A stretch of DNA of 63,635 nt, filler included, from Octopus bimaculoides (lineage: Eukaryota): assembly GCF_001194135.2 (NCBI RefSeq). It is 5 parts of 5 records of this genome, joined end to end, with 100 filler letters (N's around TTAATTAATTAA, not from the genome) between each part and the next. Parts side by side here need not be neighbours in the genome. Positions count along the whole stretch, not along the records: positions 22,834 to 33,512 come from NW_026401629.1; positions 33,613 to 59,660 come from NC_068981.1; 3 more parts are not named here. One strand, 5' to 3'. Position 1 is the stretch's first letter. Each line of letters starts with the position of its first letter. The notes beneath the pieces were generated by a model, which had not been told where the DNA came from, did not search any database, and worked only from the letters and a program-made list of their open reading frames with translations. A program made the translations under genes and the position numbers. Positions 26,838-40,610 of the stretch are shown in pieces.

Positions 26838-27312
26838 ACAGTTGTGACCAAGACTGGAATAAAATTGAGATGCTACATGTAAGATATGATTTGATATAAT
26901 CCAGTTTCTCGAGTAAGCATTTGAATTTGATTGGGTAACTTATTTTCAAAACATAAACGGTGTTGTATTCGCTAACGGTTGGGCGAGTTGTGTGTGTATA
27001 AACTGAACAGTAAAATATACATATATCATATTATATCGAAAAAAACATTGCGTGAAAAAGGGAGAGATGTATGTCTAGAAAGGATTAATTAATAATTAAA
27101 TAGTAATAGAGGCATAAGGTTGTTTTTATTAATTTAAAAACCATGGTTTGAAGTACTTCTTAAGTTTATAGATTCAATAACTAGTGTATGATGCTATACT
27201 TTTATATTTTGAAAATAAGTTACTCAGACAAATTCAAAAGCTTATTCGTGAAATTGGATTTAGTCAAACCATACATGTAACATCTCAATTTTATTCCAGT
27301 CTTGACCAAAAC
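26838..27312. repeat. Inverted pair of a ~115-bp repeat (26838-26955 minus, 27200-27312 plus); third copy at ~23693-23850 plus
   Basis: Shared GAAAATAAGTTAC.CA..CAAATTCAAA.G.TTA...AA.TGGATT...ACATGTA.CATCTCAATTTTATTCC.GTCTT. Confidence 0.8.
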
Positions 27313-27860
27313 TTCCGACGAACGGAAACGTGAAACCCTGAAGGCAAACCATACGGTTTTATGATGTTTGTGCTGCTTTAATAAATAGAGTATACATACA
27401 TACATATATATATATATATANNNNNNNNNNNNNNNNNNNNNNNNNNNNNNNNNNNNNNNNNNNNNNNNNNNNNNNNNNNNNNNNNNNNNNNNNNNNNNNN
27501 NNNNNNNNNNNNNNNNNNNNNNNNNNNNNNNNNNNNNNNNNNNNNNNNNNNNNNNNNNNNNNNNNNNNNNNNNNNNNNNNNNNNNNNNNNNNNNNNNNNN
27601 NNNNNNNNNNNNNNNNNNNNNNNNNNNNNNNNNNNNNNNNNNNNNNNNNNNNNNNNNNNNNNNNNNNNNNNNNNNNNNNNNNNNNNNNNNNNNNNNNNNN
27701 NNNNNNNNNNNNNNNNNNNNNNNNNNNNNNNNNNNNNNNNNNNNNNNNNNNNNNNNNNNNNNNNNNNNNNNNNNNNNNNNNNNNNNNNNNNNNNNNNNNN
27801 NNNNNNNNNNNNNNNNNNNNNNNNNNNNNNNNNNNNNNNNNNNNNNNNNNNNNNNNNNNN

Positions 27861-27892
<32 letters not shown>

Positions 27893-27894
27893 TG

Positions 27895-29490
27895 ACTTAT
27901 AAATAAGGGCAAAGAAAAAAAATTTCTATGCCAATATGCGGAAAAATAGACTTTAGATCGTCTTACCAAATACAATATTTTTTCACTATAAATTCATAGC
28001 GTGTTGAAACGAGGAAAGCAAGCGAACTCCGAATCGGACCGATTTCTGGATTAATCCAAAAGTATTCTTCCTTCGTCAGTGAGAAACACGATTAGAATAA
28101 ATGGAATACTTGCATGTACCCACGGAAAATGTAGATGCAAAGTCCTGAGTACATTTAAGTATCTCAAATATATCTAAACAGAAATTCTGAAGCAAGCCTC
28201 AGCGTATGTGTAGACGGTCAGGAAACTCACGTAAAGTGGTTACCAGTCCCAAAGTGAATGGTCATAAATTTATTTCTAATATAAAGATAAAATTGTTCAA
28301 AATCAGTGGCCAGCATATTAAAATACCTTTTAAGGTGAAAATTATAAACAATCTTCTACATATGTGGGAAATTCTGTCTGTGGGTGTGTTAGTGGAGTTG
28401 TTAGCTAACTCCTTCTAAGTCGTTTTATCGATGTTAATGAAACTTGACACGTGAGTAGAACCCATGTCTGGAAACATCATGGCATACTCAGATTGTTGAA
28501 AAAAATCGATAATAGATGCCCCTGGAAGGGATCCTTATATATATCTAATATATTTTATCTTAAAAGCCAAAGGAAATAACCCACTCGCCTCTGGAAAGCA
28601 TCCTTATATATAGCCAAAGGGAATAACCCATTTCTTTTCCTAAATTATTTGGTATAAATCAAATTGAGTATGCTTATTTCTTAGTATTTGAGCTATAAGT
28701 AAATAGTATTTTCCTAGACAATAGATCCACTTATTTCGGTTAGTGACTTATTCACGAATATACCAACACTAGCGCCCCGGAGTGTAATATTCTCTGGGAA
28801 CGCACAAAAGTCTTTTTCAGAGTTATTTACTTTGAATTGATATGATCTCATATCTGATTAGCCTGTTATTACGTAACATGCTTCACGCTTTTAGTATACA
28901 TATCTTATTAGTATTTCCTCCTATGTTCTATATACTCTGGGAACGCATTAAAGCCCTTTTCGGGGCTACTTTATTTGAATTCTTACTATCGTGTAACTAA
29001 TTTCATGTTATTACATAACTGACTTCACAATTTGGGTATTCATAATTTATTGAGTATTCCTAAAAACAAGATCCTGTGTAAGATTGTTCGGTATTCTCCG
29101 TAAATGCTGAAAAACCGTTTTGAGGGCTACATACTTTGTATTGTTGTTATGGATTAGCGAAACAATTATGAAAACCGAACCAAGGAATAAGCTCCGCTTT
29201 CCCGGGAATTACCGAGTACGTCAGCTAGTTATAAATAAGATCAAAAGAAAAAAACTTTCTATGCCAATATGCTGAAAAATAGATTTTAGATTGTCTAACC
29301 ACATACAGTATTTTTCGCAATAAACGAGGAAAGGAAGTTGACAAAAGTAAATTTAATACCATTCACTTCGGGACTGCTAACCACTTTAAGTGAATTTCTT
29401 GACTGTCTACACGTATGCTGAGGCTTGCTACAGAATTTCTGTTTAGATATATTTGGCCACTGATAAACTTTTTCGAAAAACTTTATTTTT
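27895..29490. repeat. Paralogous blocks: 27897-28020 direct to 29230-29335; 28167-28275 inverted to 29345-29455
   Basis: TTTCTATGCCAATATGC.GAAAAATAGA.TTTAGA (direct) and AAATATATCTAAACAGAAATTCTG.AGCAAGCCTCAGC...GTAGAC.GTCA (inverted). Confidence 0.85.
28793..29065 (+). repeat. Diverged tandem duplication, unit ~142 bp
   Basis: CTCTGGGAACGCA...TGTTATTAC.TAAC...CTTCAC...AGTATT.CT occurs twice in register. Confidence 0.7.
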
Positions 29491-29497
29491 ATATCAG

Positions 29498-29546
<49 letters not shown>

Positions 29547-31244
29547 AATAAACATAATTAAGGGATCAGCAACAGTTGCTTCACCACATACCGAAGTTCA
29601 GAAATATATATATATATTTGTATATGTATCTATATTATCTTAGCTGAAAAACTTCGATAAGTTAAATATGTTAATATTGGTAGCAAAATTCCCAAAGAAA
29701 CTGGGATATTATACCTGGTTAAGGGGTAAAAATTCCAAGTTAAAGTGATGTATTTTGAGTTGATATAATAAAGAATAAATGGAGCAAAACGCATATAATA
29801 AATAAGTTCCTTTAATTCTGACACATGTTTCGAAAATTATATGCACCCTATTCCAAAGGAATGTATATATATATATATATATNNNNNNNNNNNNNNNNNN
29901 NNNNNNNNNNNNNNNNNNNNNNNNNNNNNNNNNNNNNNNNNNNNNNNNNNNNNNNNNNNNNNNNNNNNNNNNNNNNNNNNNNNNNNNNNNNNNNNNNNNN
30001 NNNNNNNNNNNNNNNNNNNNNNNNNNNNNNNNNNNNNNNNNNNNNNNNNNNNNNNNNNNNNNNNNNNNNNNNNNNNNNNNNNNNNNNNNNNNNNNNNNNN
30101 NNNNNNNNNNNNNNNNNNNNNNNNNNNNNNNNNNNNNNNNNNNNNNNNNNNNNNNNNNNNNNNNNNNNNNNNNNNNNNNNNNNNNNNNNNNNNNNNNNNN
30201 NNNNNNNNNNNNNNNNNNNNNNNNNNNNNNNNNNNNNNNNNNNNNNNNNNNNNNNNNNNNNNNNNNNNNNNNNNNNNNNNNNNNNNNNNNNNNNNNNNNN
30301 NNNNNNNNNNNNNNNNNNNNNNNNNNNNNNNNNNNNNNNNNNNNNNNNNNNNNNNNNNNNNNNNNNNNNNNNNNNNNNNNNNNNNNNNNNNNNNNNNNNN
30401 NNNNNNNNNNNNNNNNNNNNNNNNNNNNNNNNNNNNNNNNNNNNNNNNNNNNNNNNNNNNNNNNNNNNNNNGTGTGTGTGTGTGTGTGCGTGCGTGCGTG
30501 TGTGCGTGCGTCTGTGTGTGTATAGTGATGGATTCGAGGGTTTCGTTTATTTATGAGTTGATTTCTTAATTTCACCGGAGTATAAATACCTATAATGGTG
30601 AAACACTTTTCAAATCCTATGCAATATTTTCTATAAGTATTTCATTTTGTTCACTTTCTTTTTCATATGAATCGACTCTCGTCTGAGTGTGTATAGACCA
30701 TGGTGTACCTATGCGCGCTGTCGTGGTAGTAGTGTAGTACACTGTACTTTGGACTTAGTGAGTGCTCGCATCCCGTTTGTAGGTAGAAAGCAGAGGGTTC
30801 TAACGTGACTTGCAACTCACTATCAAAGCTACCTCTTATTTCCTTTTCCATGTCTTTTAGCTGGGCGATCGACACCATACTTGTTTACAAAATTATTTTA
30901 TAAACGCTTGTTGTCAAAGCACCTGAAAGCGATCCTCAACATTTCGTATTTTATGGATTTTATTCCGAGCAAACAGGAAAAGGATGATGAATATGTAACG
31001 TAAATATCAGGAATAAACAGCGCAAATAATTTTTTCTATTTCAAATAACTTTTTTCACGACCTTCTTCTGGCTAAATAATACAATATATTAGATGGCAAT
31101 ATAGCAGAAAATAAAATGTTGAAATTTTACTATAATTACCTTTGGATGAATCACTATATATACTTTTACCATGGTAACCGTCTAAGGAAGCTGAAAAAAA
31201 TGTAAAGTTATATTTAGCTGTATGTTAATCTGTTGGCTCATTTA

Positions 31245-32470
31245 TGTCTCGTCTGCAGCAAAGATTGCAAGAAGCTGCTACACCTAAAAATCCATTCGGC
31301 CAAAATGAAATGCCTGGGAAACAAGAATCGGAGGCAACACACAGGATCTCGGCCCGATGAAGCGTAGGACAAACCTGATCAGGACTCGACCAACAGTGCC
31401 ATGTTCCTTTATGAGCCTATAGCCTCGAAACGATGCAGACTAATTCAGCAGATAAAACCCCTTCTGCTGAACTAGAGTGTGTGACAACAGGCTAAAGAAA
31501 ACATATGCAGGGTCCTACAGACTAAACCTAAGGGTCATACTCACAATCTACTGAAAGCAACGACAGCAAGCTTCGTCATTTTTAAGTTCATATCTCTCTA
31601 GGGTCAACTTTGCTTTTTACCTTTCAATTATAGATAAAGTAATATAAGAACCAAGTTATACAACAAAAACTGCTGGGCCACTTAAATATAACAAACAACA
31701 TTTGTAGGAATTTATGACTCCCAAGATGCAGTACAAGGAAGTCAGTGAAGTGGAACACTAGAAGAGCTACGAAACATCCTGTTGAAGCTGAAAATCTTTC
31801 GTAGAGTAGGACACATTTTGCATTTCCAAACCCTTTGGCTTAACTAAGAATCTGATTGGGGACGAACGAAGCTGTAAATTCGAGTGCTCAGTTGAAGAAA
31901 TAAGTATCATTCTCTGTAACATCCTAGGTGATCATGCTAGAGAGCATGAACTCTGCCTAAACAAAAACTTTTTAAGCCCAGCACCACGAACAAACGAGTT
32001 TGACAAGAGCAAGCCAAACTTGGAGAAACTCAGAAAGTTGTTAAAGCAGAGCCCAGTGGAGCACCATACAGTGTTTCTTTCTAAATGTTTTCCAAGACTT
32101 CTCCAACAGCCGTGTTTGATACTGAAGTAATTTGGCGGATGAGAGAAGTTGCCAAACAGTGAAGGTATGCTGAAGGTGTTTGGATCCCTAGTCAAGAGAA
32201 TTTGAAGATGATCGATAAGTTTTGGATTTATCACGCAACTCACCACTGAACGCAAATGCAAGTTTCTGAACAGATATGCGAATATATTTGTTATCTAGGA
32301 GGGGAAAATACCGAAGAATACCTCGCATTTTGGCTGCCCATAGCACACAGAGATGACAGCTCTTGACAGAAACGAAGAAAGGCCAAAACATCTGGCAGTT
32401 CTGTGGATGGACGCCGCATATGCGTACAGGGCTATGTCAAACAAGATGGTAAAAGAGGTTCTTCGAATAC
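31245..32470 (+). mobile_element. HERO-like (restriction-like-endonuclease class) non-LTR retrotransposon remnant
   Basis: N-terminal VCSKDCKKLLHLKIHSAKMKCL...QHTG; KPFGLTKNLIGDERSCKFECSVEE; VIWRMREVAKQ*RYAEGVWIPSQE; LAVLWMDAAYAYRAMSNKMV (RT motif). Many stops and frameshifts; SINE scrap at ~31595-31665. Confidence 0.8.
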
Positions 32471-33009
32471 ACCACTATATACCTCAACATAGTTGCATAT
32501 CATTATTTACCTGTTTAAACTATGATACATGAAGATTTGATAGGGTTAATGAAACGTATTGCATAATCTTACTGATATAGCACATCTATATATGTCTGCA
32601 TTTAGCTGTTACGTCACAATAGAATCCTTTAACGAAACATTTGTAATACCCTAGAACCCATTTATGCGTAGGAACCAACGCTAATACCATTTTAACCACA
32701 GGAGGACGCCTCCTCTAGCTGGTTTGTCGATGCAATCTACATGCTATATATATTGCAGTCGGTCCCTACGGAACAGCCTTGTTGCAGTATAGTTACAGCT
32801 TTCGTCTCTTACAGAGATTTTCTAACTACCTAATTTGCTTGTTGCAAAATCAGTGACTGATCGTCACTCATTTTTTCTCTATATTGCGAGCTGGAGCGAA
32901 CTATTGCTATCGTTCTAACTAAATGGTAGTTTCTGATTTCCAGACATGATATACACATTTTAGGTGCGTAAATAGTCAACTTATGGACCACAGGACTTAA
33001 CTGCACCTG

Positions 33010-33300
33010 TTATTCTGGCGACCCCGAAAGAATAAAAGGCAAAGTTGAGCTCGACAAAATTTGAACTCAGGAGGTAAAGGTCCGGAGGAAATACTGAAAA
33101 TCATTTTTCTTGATTCACCAACAATGTACCACTTCGCGAGACCTTTCTGGCTAAAGAATCAGTTTGGATTTTGGTACAAGGCCAGCAATTTTGAGGGGAG
33201 GGAAAAGTCAGTTACATCGAATCAAATACGTGACGTGCACTTCAATATTTCCACACCTAAAGAATGAAATGCACAGACCTCATTGATATTTGAAATCAGA
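33010..33300 (-). mobile_element. Degenerate SINE fragments (family of the 8284-9490 array); plus-strand copy at ~34020-34200
   Basis: CGACCCCGAAAG...AAAGGCAAAGTTGAGCTCG...ATTTGAACTCAG is the reverse complement of the array core. Confidence 0.7.
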
Positions 33301-33837
33301 ACATACAGCTGGATGAAATACCCCGAATACAGATATAAAAGAATAAAATAAGATGGAAGTATAACAGGAAATAAAATATGGCTAAATTTAACAAAAATTA
33401 CCCTCCGTTCTGCCATGATCTTTTAAGTTACGGTATCCTTCATAATGATTTCGCTCGATGGGTTCTGAAAAATAAATGTAAAAGAATATTTCGTTATATT
33501 TATGTTCATATANNNNNNNNNNNNNNNNNNNNNNNNNNNNNNNNNNNNNNNNNNNNTTAATTAATTAANNNNNNNNNNNNNNNNNNNNNNNNNNNNNNNN
33601 NNNNNNNNNNNNTTTACAATATTTATTCTTGCTTGCAATAGCCGTCAATTTTGGTCAGACTATCGCATCGCCGAATGATTGAGATGCCAAGATATGAAAA
33701 ATTGTGAATGTGTAATACACCGGTTTTGTTATGGAATGGTGAAACTATTCGTTCCCTGAAAAAGCATCGTTTTGTACTTACGACAATATAAATGAATATA
33801 AATATGCACATACATATATACACACACATATATATTC

Positions 33838-33882
<45 letters not shown>

Positions 33883-36567
33883 CATATATGTATGTATATA
33901 CATGCTTATAGATGAGTATATATATAAATGTATGTATATATGTGTATATGTATGCAGACATGCTTAATAATATATTACACAATATATGGTGGCTAGATGT
34001 AAGGAACGTAAGCGTGCCGGGCGAAATGGTCAGCGTTATTTCGTCTGTCCTTATTTTCTCAGTTAATATTCCGCCGAGGTCCACGTTGTCTTTTATCTTT
34101 TCGGGTTCGATTAAATAAGTGCCACTTAAACACCGGGGTTGATGTAATCGACTTACTCATCGAAGGAAATTTCTAGCCTTGTGCCAAACTTTGATACCAA
34201 TATATTTCACAATGTACGGAATATAGCCTAGAGGTAATTGGATTCTCAATATTAATGTTAGTATACACTAATAAAATTGCTTTTGGAAGTGCAAATATAA
34301 ATTATGTAATATAGTCCTAAAGATGTTTTCGAAACGTTCATGTTATTTGTAATATACTCTACTTTGATATTTAGTCATGATGATCAATTTAATTAATGAA
34401 GAAACTTTGATATTTCATTCTTCTATACACCATAATGTTGTATCGGAATATATGAATCTGTTATAGATGTAAAATTCTTTTTCCCGAATTCCTATATTTC
34501 AAATGTAATTCATTTCTTCTAAATTCTATTCAAAATGTTCCCATTACGAGTTATATTTATTAATCAAGAAACTACTCACTGAGAATGCAATATCAATCAT
34601 ATAAATGTTTGGGGTTAATTACATTTGAAATTACAACGTACGGATATGTGAAAAGTGCATCTTGTTAAAACAGCAAGATAACATGCTAGGAGTCAAATGT
34701 CTTTGCTCACAGCTTTATGTTACGTTCCCATTTCTAATTATTATTATTATTATTACACCAGTACATACTAATTTAGTTAACTGGGATTCTATCTTGATGT
34801 TTTGCGACAACAAATCTCAGTTTTCGACAATTTTCTTTAGGATTCGGGAAGAATATATGATGGTAACTTTCTTCGGGTCGAAAATGTGTGTTCCATTTCG
34901 AACTTGTTTCAATCCTTTATGTAGCATCTTGGGTGTTCTACGATGCTCAGAGCATAGATTTTTATTAAATTCACTATCGTTTCATTCTATGAAGAAAATC
35001 GTTAACTTAAATAATAACTATAGTGTTCTTTAGTTTAAAGTCAGTTGTGCTATCAATTAAACTATAAAGTATATTGGAAATCCTCAATGTTCTCCATATA
35101 TTGTCCATATCTAAACGGTTTGCTATTATAATGAAATAATCATTTGCTTTAAAGAAAATTGATTATGCATTATAACATTTACAGTGTTATCCTCCGATAG
35201 ATTCATTACAATTCTAAGCAAAATCTGAATACAAATTAAGTAGAATCTATATTTTTTGAAGCAAAACTATTTACTAGGGATTTTACTACTGGGAAGCATG
35301 GAGGAAATATTTCGAATTTCCGTAAAATTTTGCAGAATAGTTTTGGTAATTTCATTTATGCTGACAATTACATGAAACAGTTATGATATTGATGTCTTTG
35401 CTTGTGTCTTATACATTAAACACGATTTCACTTTTTTCAACATGTTCCAATATGTTTGCCATTATTTCATGATTTATTTCTAATAACATTCTGTATCATT
35501 TAAACGAATATCAAACCATTTGGCAATTATACTTTCTGAAATATTTATCTAATCTAATGAAGTGAATAAATTCTCTACAATCAAAATGTCTATTTACCAC
35601 TTTTTAAAATATTATATGCAATATTAAGATGATGATGATGATGATGATATATGTATCAACATTTCGTTGACAATAAGAAGCAGCAGGCACTCAAGATTTA
35701 TTAGTGATTTTTTTTATAAATACAAATGTTTCAATTCAACATTATGTTAATTAATTTAATAGAAATACAAGAAGAATGCAATATCGAGTCAGTGCAATTA
35801 GTTTCTTCTGTATATATAATAAATAATTAAAATAATGACAAATCCAAGTTAATGAGTTATTATCACTTTTAAAAGTGCTAAATATTTAAAGTGTGAAATC
35901 TGTCAATTTTTCTTTTTTTATGTTAGCCATTGTATGAATAAAATAATATCTTTTAGCTAAAACAAAATGAATTTAGTTCGGAAACCTGAATGACTACGTT
36001 AAAAGATGCTAAAGTAATTAATAATTTTTTTCATTCAATACAACGTGAAACACGAAACGTAAAATCAGTTTCTTTAAACAAAATTGATAGTTGATATTCT
36101 CACATTACCATGATCTCTGTGGCTCATTCTCCATAAGAAATAATAGTTAAAGTCATACAAATGAGCAACAAACAGTATGTTCCCTAAATTATTTTAGAAC
36201 TTGTTCCTACCTATATTTATATTTTCCGGAATATTATTATCTTTTATCCTTAGTATTTTCTTAGGACCGATACATGTTTACAAATAATTCATATTGCACA
36301 ACAGAATCAAATTGTATCAAAGAACACACAGCTTTTGTCTTGACGACAATGAATCTATATTGAATCAAGTAAAGTCAGGATGAGTTTACAATCCTATTGC
36401 GAATTCATAGAGGCGACAATTTTAGCTTCACTGTTTATTTTATCCAAGCAGAAACTTGTAGTTTTGAGCTATACGTTGCGTTAAAAATTGAAGTGCGAAA
36501 TAAATACTCACTATTTGCCCATTCACTGGAATCCTCTGACTCATACACTCTAATGCAGGTATTTTTG

Positions 36568-36639
<72 letters not shown>

Positions 36640-37099
36640 NNNNNNNNNNNNNNNNNNNNNNNNNNNNNNNNNNNNNNNNNNNNNNNNNNNNNNNNNNNNN
36701 NNNNNNNNNNNNNNNNNNNNNNNNNNNNNNNNNNNNNNNNNNNNNNNNNNNNNNNNNNNNNNNNNNNNNNNNNNNNNNNNNNNNNNNNNNNNNNNNNNNA
36801 TATATATATATATATATATATATACATACATACATACATACACACACGTAATATTCAACCGCGCCCCACACATGATAATCAAGTGAGTTTCAGTCTGCGA
36901 GGTGGCCAGACGTTAGGAGTGACGTGGTCGCAGAAATATGTGTGTGTGTCTGTGTGTGCGTGCGTGTGTGTGTATGGGTGTGTTTGTGTGTGTGTGTGTG
37001 AGTGTGTCTGTGTCTTTGTGTTTGTGTCTCTGTGTGTGTGTCTGTGTTCTGTCTGTGTGTTTTGTGTCTGTGAGTGTGCGTGGTGTATTTGTAATACAT

Positions 37100-37914
37100 G
37101 TATTTACCAAAATTACATAAAAATATCTTGAAACATTAAACATTAAATTTATTGAAAATCATCGCCACTGGCTTCAACCGACGGCCTCTAGACGACTTGG
37201 GAGAGTTCTGCATCTCTTCTGGACGGTTTTCTTGTTTAAGCTGGAAAATACTGCCGTAGTTCTTGCCTTCAGTTTATCTTTGGTGTCACAATGAGTTTCG
37301 TTGGCCTCTCCCTCAAACGCGCCCCACACATAATAAAATGGGTTTTCAGTCAGGGGAGTTAGGCGGCCAGATGTTAAGAATGATGTCGTAGAAATTGTCT
37401 GACAGCCATGACTAACTTCTCATGCTGTGTGAAATGGTGTAGAGTCTTGTTGCCAGACATGGTCATCGAGCAGACTCTCTCTTGACACTGATCAACACTA
37501 CCCACTCCAGGCACTTCATGTGGGCTTCGGTGTTGAGACTGAGGCCGTGTGGGAAGAAGAGTGGAGGCATAATGTCGCTATCATTAGTGATCACTCCAAG
37601 CACCATGATGTTGACTGGATGTTTGACTTTTATCATTCTTGGCACATGTTTTGCAAACATGGCAAACATTCAGAGTGACAACTAAACACTTTGAAATGTT
37701 CGTACAGCAGCTTCCTGTGCGAATGTCAAGCTGCATAGCATGTCGTTTCCAAATCCCTGGCAGAGTGAATTGCACCATGGTGGTATTTTCCTCACAGACG
37801 GTGGCCAACTGACCCTACTACACTGTATAGTTAACTAAGCGAAAAAAACAAACAATGCGCATGCACGAAATAAAAAAGATATAAAATGGCAACAATTTAT
37901 TCATCGCAGACTGT
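37100..37914 (-). mobile_element. Internally deleted maT (DD37D)-type transposon; duplicate fragment at 36858-36930
   Basis: KVKHPVNIMVLGVITNDSDIMPPLFFPHGLSLNTEAHMKCLE, then VWQQDSTPFHT...WLSDNFYDIILNIWPPNSPD. 5' end TA+CAGTCTGCGATGAATAAATTG. Confidence 0.85.
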
Positions 37915-37918
37915 ATAA

Positions 37919-37982
<64 letters not shown>

Positions 37983-39835
37983 NNNNNNNNNNNNNNNNNN
38001 NNNNNNNNNNNNNNNNNNNNNNNNNNNNNNNNNNNNNNNNNNNNNNNNNNNNNNNNNNNNNNNNNNNNNNNNNNNNNNNNNNNNNNNNNNNNNNNNNNNN
38101 NNNNNNNNNNNNNNNNNNNNNNNNNNNNNNNNNNNNNNNNNNNNNNNNNNNNNNNNNNNNNNNNNNNNNNNNNNNNNNNNNNNNNNNNNNNNNNNNNNNN
38201 NNNNNNNNNNNNNNNNNNNNNNNNNNNNNNNNNNNNNNNNNNNNNNNNNNNNNNNNNNNNNNNNNNNNNNNNNNNNNNNNNNNNNNNNNNNNNNNNNNNN
38301 NNNNNNNNNNNNNNNNNNNNNNNNNNNNNNNNNNNNNNNNNNNNNNNNNNNNNNNNNNNNNNNNNNNNNNNNNNNNNNNNNNNNNNNNNNNNNNNNNNNN
38401 NNNNNNNNNNNNNNNNNNNNNNNNNNNNNNNNNNNNNNNNNNNNNNNNNNNNNNNNNNNNNNNNNNNNNNNNNNNNNNNNNNNNNNNNNNNNNNNNNNNN
38501 NNNNNNNNNNNNNNNNNNNNNNNNNNNNNNNNNNNNNNNNNNNNNNNNNNNNNNNNNNNNNNNNNNNNNNNNNNNNNNNNNNNNNNNNNNNNNNNNNNNN
38601 NNNNNNNNNNNNNNNNNNNNNNNNNNNNNNNNNNNNNNNNNNNNNNNNNNNNNNNNNNNNNNNNNNNNNNNNNNNNNNNNNNNNNNNNNNNNNNNNNNNN
38701 NNNNNNNNNNNNNNNNNNNNNNNNNNNNNNNNNNNNNNNNNNNNNNNNNNNNNNNNNNNNNNNNNNNNNNNNNNNNNNNNNNNNNNNNNNNNNNNNNNNN
38801 NNNNNNNNNNNNNNNNNNNNNNNNNNNNNNNNNNNNNNNNNNNNNNNNNNNNNNNNNNNNNNNNNNNNNNNNNNNNNNNNNNNNNNNNNNNNNNNNNNNN
38901 NNNNNNNNNNNNNNNNNNNNNNNNNNNNNNNNNNNNNNNNNNNNNNNNNNNNNAGAGAGGAGGGGAAGAGACAGAGAGAGATGTAAAAAGCAAATAAGTA
39001 ACACGGATATCAAGGTACTAGTGCATTACGGCCGTTTAAAGGGGTCCCCATTTAATCGAACAATACATTATACATATACATATTGGGGAGTGTTTGTGCG
39101 TATTTGTGAGTGTGTATACGTCAATGCATGCGTGACGTATGCGCATGTATATATCTAATATAAAATTCATGACATTTCTTCCAAGATGCATAATGTAATT
39201 CAATATAGACAAATTAACATTTGTGGATTTGTTGCGTTCATAATTTTAAATACCAGTATTCTAAATTTAAGTTCGACAGTAATTAACTTGTTATTTTAAG
39301 TTATGCCTTTCTGCATACTGAAATTTTTCCACTATTGTATGCATTCTGAACCAGTAATATATTTTCTATATTCAGTTCATTAAAATATAATTGCAGCGTT
39401 AAAAATCGTGTGTCTTCCGTCGAAGATTTATATATATTTTGTTTCGAGGAATGTAATTAATATCATACTGAAGATGTAAATCAATAGAATTAGATACCAC
39501 TAATTAAGAGGCATTCAATAAATAAATGTATATTAACAATTTCATGAAATTCTCTATTTGCAATAAAATGGAGGAGAGGGAAGTATAACTGTATATATTT
39601 ACTTGAATTATGTAAGAGCTTTAATTAAATTTGCCTTAGAATTTGTAATAAATATTTCTGTGTAGATTTTTCTAGAAATATAGTTTATAATTGATTAATT
39701 TATATAGGAATTTTAAGTATATATTATCAGTAAATATAACAATGTTTTATGTTGATTAAAATAATTGATAATCATTCCTGTTTCTTTTAACATTTGAAAA
39801 GTTGGCATTCATTTTAGCTATTTCTGATTCGATAG

Positions 39836-39922
39836 ATATTTATACGGCAGTCTGAAGAAGCATTTGTATTTATGGACGGAAAGCTGAGAGCTTATGACAT
39901 TCTAAATAACAATATATCCAAG
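39836..39922 (+). CDS. Candidate 87-nt phase-0 exon (IFIRQSEEAFVFMDGKLRAYDILNNNISK)
   Basis: TAG acceptor after a T-rich tract, AAG|GTATTT donor, length divisible by 3, open frame. No recognised homology. Confidence 0.25.
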
Positions 39923-40610
39923 GTATTTTAGTAAATGTCAAAAAAAAAAAAGTGTTGATATATACTTATTTTAGCATGCCATTTAATTCGGGTGTAAAGT
40001 AAATTATATGTGAACTCAATCTTTTTGGTATATTTCCGTTGAAAATTTGTTAAAAAAAATAATCGAAACAAAACTATATTTACATACACAGAGAGAAAAG
40101 ATATGGTACAAAAGATGCTTAACCTATACATATTTAGAAGAAATTTCTTATTTTCAATGTTCACTGTAACAAAGAATCAGATAATAATATTTTAAAATTG
40201 TAACTATATGTGTGTGTATAAATAAATAAATGTGTGTGTGTGAGTGTGTGTGTGTGTGCGTGTGTGTGTGTGTGTGTGCGTATGTGTGTGCGTGTGTGTG
40301 TGTGTGTAGAAGAGTGAAAAGTAGCACACGAGTTGATATGTATAAGGATAATAAGACAATGTAGAAAATGCTAAAATAATTTTATCATGAAATCCTGTTT
40401 GTAAAGTTTAATACCGGTTTCAGTCTTTTCAACATTTTAAAATAAGAAAAACAATTAAATGGAAGAACAAATTANNNNNNNNNNNNNNNNNNNNNNNNNN
40501 NNNNNNNNNNNNNNNNNNNNNNNNNNNNNNNNNNNNNNNNNNNNNNNNNNNNNNNNNNNNNNNNNNNNNNNNNNNNNNNNNNNNNNNNNNNNNNNNNNNN
40601 NNNNNNNNNN

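Noticed and set aside
30663-30878. 71-aa ATG ORF near a TATA-like sequence
   Set aside because: No homology recognised, the TATA-like motif is on the opposite strand, and the length is within chance.
34662-35033. 123-aa ORF in unique AT-rich DNA
   Set aside because: TTG start, includes an (ATT)n run, and has no motif or convincing splice sites.
781-38997. Long ORFs rich in X, YI, HT or CV (many across the window)
   Set aside because: Read-through of N gaps and dinucleotide microsatellites.
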